Positions 40,701 to 48,756 of a DNA stretch of 64,000 bases are shown here, piece after piece. This DNA is from an uncultured Clostridium sp. (GTDB lineage: Bacteria; Bacillota; Clostridia; TANB77; CAG-508): contig CANSOA010000003.1 of assembly GCA_947648495.1 (NCBI GenBank), forward strand, positions 26,701-90,700. Direction: 5' to 3'. The notes below the pieces were generated by a model that was not told where the DNA came from, did no database searches, and saw nothing but the letters and a program-made list of their open reading frames with translations. Both the position numbers and the translations under genes were made by a program. Positions within the stretch are counted from its first letter, which is position 1, and each line of letters starts with the position of its first letter.

Positions 40701-41795
40701 TATATCTGAAAATTGACAAAAAGAAATAATGTCTTCTTTTTCAAATTCGCTTCCCATCAATATTCTATATGGTGTACCAGATAAATGTAGTGTCATATCA
40801 ACATCTAAAATCTTTAAGTTATCATCCAATTCATTGATATTATTTTCCTCTTTCTGATATTTATCCTTTATATCTTTTTCATATTTAGTATTCTCTAACA
40901 CTTTTCCATACTTTTCTGCTCTTGCACCAAAATGAGTTTCATCAACAATTAATAAATCAATTTTATTTTTAAAAATATCTTCATGTTTTTCTTTAATTAA
41001 ATCTCCTTGCAAATCTTGTAGTGTCAAAAATACAGCTACTTTTTCACCTTTAGATAATCTTTCCGTGATTTCATTATTATTCCTTGATAATTCATCAGAA
41101 GAAATAAAACTATATCCTTCAAAATTTTTAGGAACTTCCACTGTCTTCTTCCATTCAAATTTTACATCAGCTTTAGCAGAAACAATTACTACTAAATTGG
41201 CATTTATTTCTTTTGCACACATCATTGAAGTAAATGATTTTCCAAATCTCATAACAGCATACATTAATAATTTTTTTCTTCCATTCGCCCTTGCATTTAT
41301 AAAATTGCTAATTGCATCCTCTTGATTTGATCTAGGCTTCCATTCTTTATCTTCTCTTCTGAATTGAAATACTTCTGGACGGTTTGTTTTTGCATCATAA
41401 TATTGATATTTATTATCATTTTTTTCATAACTTTCTTTGATATTCTTAATTGCCTCTTTTACATCATTATCAGTTGCATTTTTAAAAAATTCATTTGAAT
41501 AATATATTTCTTTTGGTAAATCATTTTCTTTTAGTCTTTCTTTGCTCAATTCTTCTTCAACATATTTGTGTACTGCATAATCTCTAAAAAACACATCCGA
41601 GTTAACCATAGCTTTTTCTTTATATTCTTCTTTCAAATCAGGAAAAAATCTTTTCCATTCATTCAATCTAATAGAAACAGGTCTATATGTATCACCTATT
41701 TTCAAATAGTTTGGTACAGTATTAGTAGTAAACGCGTAAATATATGGTTCAACTCTGCCAATTATAATATTATCTATTATTTCTTTTCCTTCCAT
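37728..41795 (-). CDS. Single-polypeptide T5orf172 (GIY-YIG-like) + SF2 helicase + gamma-class N6-adenine methyltransferase/TRD fusion (Type ISP-like R-M enzyme candidate)
   Basis: N-terminus: PYIYAFTTNTVPNYLKIGDTYRPVSIRLNEW...SNEFF (T5orf172/MUG113-like). Helicase motif I RFGKSFT, motif II LLIVDETHFG, motif III LSGTPYR, motif VI-like QAIFRLQN. Acidic low-complexity linker. MTase motif I ILDIASKMGEFS and motif IV VVGNPPYQ, followed by a C-terminal region of about 300 aa. Confidence 0.8.
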   Translation of the reverse strand: MEGKEIIDNIIIGRVEPYIYAFTTNTVPNYLKIGDTYRPVSIRLNEWKRFFPDLKEEYKEKAMVNSDVFFRDYAVHKYVEEELSKERLKENDLPKEIYYSNEFFKNATDNDVKEAIKNIKESYEKNDNKYQYYDAKTNRPEVFQFRREDKEWKPRSNQEDAISNFINARANGRKKLLMYAVMRFGKSFTSMMCAKEINANLVVIVSAKADVKFEWKKTVEVPKNFEGYSFISSDELSRNNNEITERLSKGEKVAVFLTLQDLQGDLIKEKHEDIFKNKIDLLIVDETHFGARAEKYGKVLENTKYEKDIKDKYQKEENNINELDDNLKILDVDMTLHLSGTPYRILMGSEFEKEDIISFCQFSDIVEEQEKWNNENILNDEVKEWDNPYFGFPQMIRFAFNPSKKAKEKLKEYQKNGYTYAFSALLKPKSVKKAKDGLHKKFENKQEILELFEVIDGSKEDENVLGFLNYEKIKQGKMCRHIVCVLPYCASCDALEELLNNNKDKFKNLNEYEIINISGVENSNKYKSIVEIKHQIKESEKNNIKTLTLTVNRMLTGSTVEEWDTMIYLKDTASPQEYDQAIFRLQNQYIKEYVNNEKNVIKYNMKPQTLLVDFNPYRMFTLQEQKSKIYNVNVEEAGNSLLEERLKNELRISPIITINKNKIIEIKPKSIMDAVSEYSKEKGVIDEVNDIPVDLKLLDNEEIKNVIDRQAELGSNKGLSIDNTNDEDGEDLDISTSDSRDNNAQNSTIDNSRENEENNEEEPINYEKKIRTYFARVLFYSFLTENEIISLSQVINSIDSNEDNKRIAKNLGLSNVILKLMYDKMDAFKLSQLDYKIQNINMLSKDDSMQPIERAIIAMNKFKKLSQSEIVTPNNICREMMELIPKENIIDICNKKGKILDIASKMGEFSLVIYQILTELNIDNHIINDIIYSIPTSSIAYEFTRKIYEILGLNVDNIAAFFNAYQLLKITDKNASIDYSKVKRLLLQQKKFSEIELKENIFYKEGDEKMNFDVVVGNPPYQENIGSKSNASLAKQLYPLFMTIGIKLEPDYMTFITPSRWFTGEGQDASFPPLRKFIKENNHIKTIVNYGDNKEVFTEENIGSVNYFLYDKEYKGNVDFIEIVNGKKTYANRPLFEDDMDEIIHLNVLVNILNKVYKRDDFESLTKITTGRNPFKVPETNETLNKVVVDKKDKKNSICIRCANDTIKYTSIDIVSRNFELVDRWKVFSSKMNGAAGTLMDAKQVAIIGKAFIGEPKSICSGALITFGNFESETEAVNLKKYMETKFLRVMVGIMKSSRAIYQNVYKFVPIQDFTNNSDIDWSKTIHEIDLQLYKKYNLIEDEISYIESKIKEME

Positions 41796-41803
41796 ATTTC
41801 CTC

Positions 41804-42772
41804 CTATTTTTTATTTAATAGAGTTTCAAATTTTATTTTCCTATTTGTATCCCAATTCATTATTTTGCAGTATATTCCATTATGTTTTTTATTATTTCCA
41901 CTTTTACATCCTTCACATATGTATTCCTCTGTTATCTCACCAAATAATGTTATTTCCAGTATCTTTTCATTTCTGCAACTATTCGGTATTACATATTTGA
42001 TTCCATCCATTTGCCATATATTCCAACTTATAATATTCGCAATATTTTTTATTAATTGAATATCTGGTTTTTTATTAAACTTTTTAAAATAGTAATCTAT
42101 GTAAGTATATAATAAGTTTTCTCTAGCTAATAGAACATTATCCCCTTGCCAATCAAAGCCATAAACACTTTTTACAGCAATAGTTGACCATTCAGTCCAC
42201 ACATCTTCATCATTATTATTTTCAGATACAATCCTTAATTTTCTGTCTAATAGTCCAATTCTATCTTCTACCTTAATTGCTTTTCCTGTAACAGTATCAT
42301 ATCTACTTACAAGATATGGTGCTTCACCACAAGAAATTTCTAATCTTGTACTTTTAACATAATCTTGCCATGTATTTTTATTAAATTCTATTTTATTATA
42401 GTTTGTTATCCATTTCTTATCTGATGATACATTAAAAATATTCTTTCTTCCAAACCATGCTTCATCTGTCAAATTATTTTGTTCATTGCAAATCCATGAA
42501 GGAGTAAAAACTTCTGCATTATTTCTTGCTCTCGTTTCTTTCTCTTCTTTAGATTTTCTTGAACGAGGTTTAATTAAATCCTTATATCTACCCGTTATCT
42601 TATTTATTGTTATTTCTGATTCAAATTCAAATCCTATTCCATTTTGCTGATAATCAGCTGTAGCCCATATTATATTTTTACTACTACTATTATCTTTTAA
42701 TAAAATATTTAATAATTCTATATCAATTGATAACAGTTTTTCTTCTTTAACATCAATTAACTCATTAAACAT
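41804..42772 (-). CDS. Methyltransferase-fold-like accessory protein, probably catalytically inactive (322 aa)
   Basis: AEVFTPSWICNEQNN (motif X-like), LEISCGEAPYL (degenerate version of EPSCGxGxFL), and VYGFDWQGDNVLLARENL (resembles the HsdM FYGQE...N block). No NPPY/DPPY motif. Cys-rich C-terminus. 9 nt upstream of the fusion gene. Confidence 0.45.
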   Translation of the reverse strand: MFNELIDVKEEKLLSIDIELLNILLKDNSSSKNIIWATADYQQNGIGFEFESEITINKITGRYKDLIKPRSRKSKEEKETRARNNAEVFTPSWICNEQNNLTDEAWFGRKNIFNVSSDKKWITNYNKIEFNKNTWQDYVKSTRLEISCGEAPYLVSRYDTVTGKAIKVEDRIGLLDRKLRIVSENNNDEDVWTEWSTIAVKSVYGFDWQGDNVLLARENLLYTYIDYYFKKFNKKPDIQLIKNIANIISWNIWQMDGIKYVIPNSCRNEKILEITLFGEITEEYICEGCKSGNNKKHNGIYCKIMNWDTNRKIKFETLLNKK

Positions 42773-42794
42773 TTTATCATCTCCTATTTTGTTT

Positions 42795-42977
42795 TTATTT
42801 CATCTCTACAATATCATCTAATGTATCATCTAAAACTCTACAAATCCTAACTAATGTTTCCATCTTTACCCTTTTAGCCATTTCATTTGTAGTTATTTCA
42901 GCTTTTTGACTTAAGTAAGTTTTACTGATTTTCTTATCTATTATTAATTTCCATAGCTTATCATAATTTACCTGCAT
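42795..42977 (-). CDS. Small XRE/Cro-type HTH protein (candidate controller of the downstream two genes)
   Basis: 60 aa; ISKTYLSQKAEITTNEMAKRVKMETLVRICRVLD fits HTH_XRE. Confidence 0.65.
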   Translation of the reverse strand: MQVNYDKLWKLIIDKKISKTYLSQKAEITTNEMAKRVKMETLVRICRVLDDTLDDIVEMK

Positions 42978-43040
42978 AAATTATTCCTTTATAAAACAAT
43001 TTTTTATTACAAAATTATTCTATCATTTTCTCTTCTTTTA

Positions 43041-43067
43041 TTCAAGATTTTCTTGAAATTTTCAAGG
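43041..43067. promoter_or_regulatory. Palindrome TTCAAGAttttCTTGAA plus a third TTCAAG half-site upstream of the HTH gene
   Basis: Directly visible at 43041-43057 and 43062-43067, about 65-90 nt upstream of the HTH start. Confidence 0.4.
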
Positions 43068-43102
43068 AACATTTTCATGTAATAAAACACACTGTGCTAT
43101 AT

Positions 43103-43357
43103 TTATAATTCCATCTTTCTTATCTTTTCTTTCTGTTTCTTCAATTTCCCTTTTTCTTCTACTTCTCGTATCTGATTCCTCATTTTAGAAGGATTATTTA
43201 TAACTTCATCACACATCTTAATTTTCTTTTTTACTTTTTTAAGTTTGTCTGTAACTTGTATTATCTGTTTTGCAATTTGGTTCTTCTCGCTTTCATTCTC
43301 AGTATTTTTTCTTTTATAATACAATTTATTTCTAGTATTCAATATAAAAAAGAGCAA
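43103..43357 (-). CDS. Hypothetical Lys/Glu-rich coiled-coil fragment (84 aa, non-ATG start)
   Basis: ORF only. May be the tail of a degraded mobile-element gene. Confidence 0.3.
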   Translation of the reverse strand: MLFFILNTRNKLYYKRKNTENESEKNQIAKQIIQVTDKLKKVKKKIKMCDEVINNPSKMRNQIREVEEKGKLKKQKEKIRKMEL

Positions 43358-43617
43358 ATTAATTCACTCTTCTTAGCTTGTCCTCTATTTTTTCTTTAAC
43401 CCTCGAACGCACTTTACTGTAGGCATTTCCTCGATTATCATTTCTTCCTCAAAACCTATGTTGCATCCTCCACATACGTCCAAATCCCCGAACTTGCCGC
43501 CAAATTCCTCATAGCCAATCTCTCCGAAGAAGACAAATTTTGTCCCACATCAAAAGCTGTACCAGCATAATGTTGTGATTGTGCATACCCAGTTGAACAT
43601 TTTTTGCTCTAATCCAT

Positions 43618-45203
43618 TTAGAGCATTTTCTCTATATCTATCTTTAATACAAATTTAACCGATTTATCATGATAAATATAAATTTTATCGATTAGCATAT
43701 TTAATATTGCTTTATCAGGAACTCTACTATCTATTACTTGATTAAAATAGTCTATACTTTTTTTTAATTTCTCCTCTTTAACCTTCAAATCTTCTTGTCC
43801 TAAATTCTCAATTTGTTTTTTTGTATTTTCGATTTCTTTGTATTTTTCATCTTCCATACTTTTATAGGTGCTTTCTATAAAAGATTTTTTATCTGGATTA
43901 CAAGAACTTAGTTCCTTTATTTTTTCAGATAATATTACTTTATATTCTGTTTCTAAAATTCTTAAACTATCTTTCAATTTATTTAGATCATTTTGTTTAT
44001 TTGACTTGTATTCTTCCAATCTCAAATTTGCTATTTCTTGTTTGTAATTATCCTTTAAGGCTATTAAAAAATTTTTTAAACTTGCAAGTAGGACATCTTC
44101 TCTTACATTATGGCATACACACCTTGCTTTTCCATATTTTCTATAACTAAGGCATTCATATAATTTTTTAGGCACATATCCTTCTCTTTGACTTCGAACT
44201 CTTGCAACCCCTGTAACCGAACCACCGACACTCTGCACATTTTAAAAAGCCACCAAATATGTAGTCCCTTTGTTTTTTGGTATACATACTTGAATTTCCA
44301 ATTCTTTTTTTCATCAATTCTTGTACTCTCTCAAATTGTTCTTTTGAAATAATTGCTTCGTGATGATTTTCAAATTTATATTGATTTTCCTTTTTTACTT
44401 TTCTTCCCTCTTTATGAATATCATATCTTTCTGTCTTATGAGTAATCAATGTTCCAATATAAATTTCATCTTTTAAAATTCTTTTTATCATATACATATC
44501 CCATAATTTTTTTACGGGTTTCTTATAGGCTTTGCCTTTTTGTTTTAAATCTCTTTCAATGACTTGTGATGGAGTTAAAAAATGATATTCAGAATTTAAT
44601 TTTTTACAAATTTTTAACATTCCTAATCCTTGTTCATATAAATCAAATATGGTTTTTATTGTCTCTCGAACTGTCTCATCTACAATCAATTCTCCTTTTT
44701 TAGCAGTTTTCCTATAGCCAAACTTAGGTCCTTGAAGTAATATTCCTTTCTCTAATTGTTTGTGCATACCAATTTTTACTTTTTTGGATACTTCCTTTAC
44801 ATACCTTTCATTAAACCAGGTAGAAAGTCCTAATAAATCATCATCTCCTTCTAATAAATTGAAATCTCCAAAAGTATCTTTCGTTAGTATTAAATTCACA
44901 TTTCGCTCTTTCAGTTCGTCGATAAATGTAAGTGTTCTGCTACCTTTACGCCCTATTCTTGATAAGTCTTTTGCTAAAATAATATCTACTTTTCCTGCTC
45001 TAATGTCTTGTAACATTCTACTAAACGCTGGTCTTTCATCATTTGAAATATAGCCGTGATACATTATCATCTATGTAATATTCTGATATTTCAAAACCTT
45101 GCGAATCCGCATATTCTTTAGCCAGTTCCTGTTGTGCTTCAATACTGCTATATCTACTTTTATTATCATCCTTACTTAATCTACAGTAACATACAACTTT
45201 CAA
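43618..45203 (-). CDS. Large serine recombinase (LSR-2), TTG start, frame broken twice by CGG +1 sites
   Basis: LKVVCYCRLSKDD...YYIDDNVS|GYISNDERPAFSRMLQDIRAGKVDIILAKDLSRIGR joins at plus CCG 45054-45056. FLKCAEC|GGSVTGVARV...YECLSYRKYGKARCVCHNV joins at plus CCG 44225-44227. Resolvase catalytic block, recombinase domain, Zn-ribbon and coiled coil are all present once the shifts are made. Confidence 0.85.
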
Positions 45204-45287
45204 TATATCTATCCTTTCCGAAGATAAATATATTTATGTTTTTAGACAAGTTTATATTATCTTCTTTTTCAGCAAAATGCAATAGTT

Positions 45288-45506
45288 TTATATGATATTT
45301 TTGGCTTTTTCATAATTTAAAATTTCTTGTATTGTATTAATCGGATTTTTTTCTCCACTTACAAATACTGTCACATTTGATTGTTTGCCTTTGAGCTGAT
45401 TTATTTTTTCTAAAATTTCTTTATTTTTTTCCTCTTGTTCGGTTATATAGATTTGGAACAACTCAACATTTTCGTATATAAATTTTTGAATTTCCAATTT
45501 TATCAC
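45288..45506 (-). CDS. Hypothetical small protein (72 aa) immediately upstream of LSR-2
   Basis: ORF only. Confidence 0.35.
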   Translation of the reverse strand: MIKLEIQKFIYENVELFQIYITEQEEKNKEILEKINQLKGKQSNVTVFVSGEKNPINTIQEILNYEKAKNII

Positions 45507-45631
45507 TTACCCTTCCTTTTCATGTATATTGTAAAATTTTGCTATACATTACTTTTTTAAAGCAAAAAAAGAAACCATACTTTAATTATTTCTAATTAAA
45601 ATATAGTCTTTTATTTTTAATACTTTTACTT

Positions 45632-45907
45632 AACTTTTTGCTAACACTTTTGGGGCATGACGGTCTAAATGAGATTTTCTCTCATTTCTGGATTTATCAT
45701 TGATTTTAAGAAGTCTTCCGTCTGTTTTATAGCTTTATTCATTTCAATTCTTCTTTCTTTTTAATTATATAATATTTTGCAACTTTTTGCTAACAGTTTT
45801 TGAACATGACAGTCTATATGAGACTTCGCCTCATTTCTCGTTTTTTAATTATTTTTAAGAAAAATTTTGATTGTTTGATTTGTTTCTTCATTTTAATTCT
45901 TCTTTCT
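45632..45907 (-). repeat. Two tandem 149-bp units, each carrying a conserved 25-codon mini-ORF plus hairpin
   Basis: The units start at 45632 and 45781 (aactttttgctaaca...). The minus-strand mini-ORFs are 45665..45742 (MNKAIKQTEDFLKSMINPEMRENLI) and 45814..45891 (MKKQIKQSKFFLKIIKKREMRRSLI). Confidence 0.7.
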
Positions 45908-46053
45908 AAAAATATCAAAGTTATTGTAGCATGATTACTAGAGTTTGTCTAGTAAAAATATCTTATTTTTTAATAAAGTTAACGACATTTTTCGACAACA
46001 TTTAAAAAATTTCTAGTATGATTATTGTATTCAGAACATAAATTTTTCTTCTT

Positions 46054-46311
46054 TTATTTCCTTTTCTTCTTTAAAATTTTGAAAAAAAATCTTTTGAAAT
46101 CAAGTGATTTTCCTCTTTTTTCTACTTCTTTTTCTTTCAACATCACATCTATTTTCTCATTTAATCTTCTGATTTCTAATTCTGTACATTCTGGACACAA
46201 CGCCAAAATTGGATTCAAAATTGTAATTTTACTACAATTTTTACATTTTCTCTTTTTACTATAATATTTTTGAATTCTCATTTGCTCCCATAGATCACAA
46301 CAATTAAACAC
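46054..46311 (-). CDS. Small Cys-rich (zinc-ribbon-like) basic protein
   Basis: 85 aa with CKNC...CPEC. Confidence 0.4.
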   Translation of the reverse strand: MFNCCDLWEQMRIQKYYSKKRKCKNCSKITILNPILALCPECTELEIRRLNEKIDVMLKEKEVEKRGKSLDFKRFFFKILKKKRK

Positions 46312-46431
46312 ATTTTCACCTCCTTTTCAAATTTCACTAGCTTTATTTTACCGCATTAAAATGCGGTTATGCTGTATAAAAATTTGCTATCCTCTAAATA
46401 ATAGAATTACAAAATGGGAGGATAGCAATAA

Positions 46432-46680
46432 ATGACATTATCTCAAGCCATCGTACAAAGAATCAAAAACTTAATAAATCAAAGTACATATATAGAAAAT
46501 TATCATCAATTAGCAACAAGAGCTGGTCTAAACGAATCAGTCGTTCGTGCCATACTTTCTGGAGAAACTAAAAATCCTTCTACTGAAACAATCTTTTTTA
46601 TTTCAGTAGCTTTTGGCATTACATTATCAGAGTTTTATAACGACAAATTGTTTGATATTGGTAATATAGAAGATAATTAA
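46432..46680 (+). CDS. XRE-family HTH protein
   Basis: 82 aa; NYHQLATRAGLNESVVRAILSGETKNPSTETIFFISVAFGITLSEF; GGAGG RBS. Confidence 0.7.
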   Translation: MTLSQAIVQRIKNLINQSTYIENYHQLATRAGLNESVVRAILSGETKNPSTETIFFISVAFGITLSEFYNDKLFDIGNIEDN

Positions 46681-46780
46681 CTTTTATTTCCATATTTTAT
46701 CGCACTGGTTTGATAAAATCAAGTCAAAATTGATATAAAATTTAAAATATTAAATAATTCTATTTTGGAGATATAATACA

Positions 46781-47041
46781 ATGGGAACAACATCAAAGTA
46801 TAATGGAAAACTTAATGTTTTTGGAAATATTTTAAAAGAATATCGATTAAAAAATGATTTATCAATGGCACAATTATCTAATAAATTTCAACTTTTAGGC
46901 ATTGATCTTCCTGCTCAATCGATTCATTTGATAGAAAATAACCGCAGAATTATTAAAGATTATGAACTAGGCGGATTTGCAAAGATATTTAATATTTCTA
47001 CAGATAAATTGTTTAAAGAATTTTATAAAGAATTAGAATAA
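46781..47041 (+). CDS. XRE-family HTH protein
   Basis: 86 aa; LKEYRLKNDLSMAQLSNKFQLLGIDLPAQSIHLIENNRR. Confidence 0.7.
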   Translation: MGTTSKYNGKLNVFGNILKEYRLKNDLSMAQLSNKFQLLGIDLPAQSIHLIENNRRIIKDYELGGFAKIFNISTDKLFKEFYKELE

Positions 47042-47075
47042 AATGCCAATACAAGTTAATGTATTGGCATTTTTC
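47042..47075 (+). terminator. Rho-independent terminator
   Basis: aatgccaatac-aagttaat-gtattggcatt, then ttttt. Confidence 0.8.
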
Positions 47076-47117
47076 TCTATAGCTTTGTAAAAAAGTATTT
47101 TTTTGATAAATTGTAAT

Positions 47118-47981
47118 TTACAAATTACTTGGTATTTTATTTTTCATCTTCTTATAAATTAAACACACAATCATAAACGAAATTATTTGTGCTATTAAAA
47201 TCCTTACTATTTGCAATTCATCTGCTCCTGTATTAGTTACTATATGAAGCACATTTGTAGCAATAATATTATTAAATAAATGATCACCTATACCAATAAA
47301 TAAACTACCAGTCATTTTGTATAACATACCCCATTTAATGCTCATAATTCCTGCAAGTACAATATATCCTAATATCATTACAATAAAAGAAATAAGATTC
47401 ATATCTCCATTTATAACTGACCTTAATGGCATTACAAAATGCCATAATCCAAATAATAAAGCAACTATCATATTTGATTTTAAAAAATTATTTTTATTAT
47501 TGATAACTTTTAAGAAAAAACCTCTAAATATTCCTTCTTCCATAATAACATTAACAATATTTAGTAGAATACACAAAATAAAAAATATAATTTCAGTATG
47601 TTTGACTTCATTTCCAACTAAAGAAAATCCATTAACATAAAGTTCAAAACTAGGGTTTCTTGAATTTGCATAAAGTGTTATATATTCTATAAAATAAGAT
47701 ATTCCAAAACAAATCCCCCCTAATATCAATCCATAAATTAAATATTTAAAAAATTTATTTTTTTCAAAACCAATATCTTTAAACTTATAATTCATTACTT
47801 TTAGAAAAAATAATAATATGATAATGCCTATCAATTTGTGAATAAAGTTTTCAGAAATAAAAGTTGTATCAGTCTTTATTATAAAGTATTCTACAATTCT
47901 TATTACTAAACATATCATAAATATTATAAAACTATATAGAATAGGTTTATTTAGTATATTTTCTTTTAATATTTCTTTCAT
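47118..47981 (-). CDS. CPBP-family intramembrane metalloprotease
   Basis: Multi-TM protein with EEGIFRGFF (EExxxR) and LFGLWHF (FxxxH) motifs. Confidence 0.8.
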   Translation of the reverse strand: MKEILKENILNKPILYSFIIFMICLVIRIVEYFIIKTDTTFISENFIHKLIGIIILLFFLKVMNYKFKDIGFEKNKFFKYLIYGLILGGICFGISYFIEYITLYANSRNPSFELYVNGFSLVGNEVKHTEIIFFILCILLNIVNVIMEEGIFRGFFLKVINNKNNFLKSNMIVALLFGLWHFVMPLRSVINGDMNLISFIVMILGYIVLAGIMSIKWGMLYKMTGSLFIGIGDHLFNNIIATNVLHIVTNTGADELQIVRILIAQIISFMIVCLIYKKMKNKIPSNL

Positions 47982-48007
47982 TTCTTACCTCACTTTTAAA
48001 TTGTAAT

Positions 48008-48727
48008 TTATCTAATTAACCTTTTTATATATTCATCTGTATTTTCCCTAAAATAACCACAATGACCTAGCGACTCAATCTGGATAAATTCGCTATTTTT
48101 ATATTTTTTAATTCTAGGTAAGCAAAGTCTTGCTATATCATTTGTGCCATAAACAAAAGTTATTTTTCTCTGTGAATCATTTTCTAATTTAGGTGCTTCA
48201 ATATTATAACAACTTTCTAATAAGTTTTTTAGACTTTCTATTGTTACTATTGGTGCAACATATTGCTGTACTTCGCCCATACCATTAAAGCACTTATTTA
48301 ATTCTTTAACTGTATCTTCTGGATGTTCTTTTATATTGAGCAAACATTTTTTATATCTATTATAAAAATATTTTTTAATAATGTTTGGAAATTTAAAGAT
48401 AGGAGCACTATCTACTATTACTTGATCGACTTTATCTTGATTATTGCAAAAATAATGAAATGCAATATTACCACCTAAAGAAAATCCTATAATTGCTTTT
48501 AATTTATCAATGTTATTTTCTTTTAGAAATTCATCAATAGTTTTTTCTTCATCTTTCATTGATATATAGTATGAATCTTGGTAATGCCCACTATATGTTG
48601 GAATAATCAAATAATATTTATTACTTAATCTATCTATTACAAAATCAAAAAATTTGGCACTTGTAAACACAGGGTGTAATAATAATATCTTTTCATTTTC
48701 TTTCTTCCCATAAGTAACTATTTTCAA
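48008..48727 (-). CDS. Alpha/beta-fold hydrolase
   Basis: 239 aa; nucleophile elbow GFSLGG; C-terminal LGHCGYF. Confidence 0.72.
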   Translation of the reverse strand: MKIVTYGKKENEKILLLHPVFTSAKFFDFVIDRLSNKYYLIIPTYSGHYQDSYYISMKDEEKTIDEFLKENNIDKLKAIIGFSLGGNIAFHYFCNNQDKVDQVIVDSAPIFKFPNIIKKYFYNRYKKCLLNIKEHPEDTVKELNKCFNGMGEVQQYVAPIVTIESLKNLLESCYNIEAPKLENDSQRKITFVYGTNDIARLCLPRIKKYKNSEFIQIESLGHCGYFRENTDEYIKRLIR

Positions 48728-48756
48728 TTAAAATCAACTCCTATCTAAATTGTAAT

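Noticed and set aside
26987-43461. 13/14-nt inverted match (acacaggttttgag at 26987-27000 vs ctcaaaacctatgt at 43448-43461) as the two arms of one split attB
   Set aside because: A match of this length is expected many times by chance in 64 kb of AT-rich DNA. Joining the two flanks also does not give an open reading frame. It is not strong enough to define island ends.
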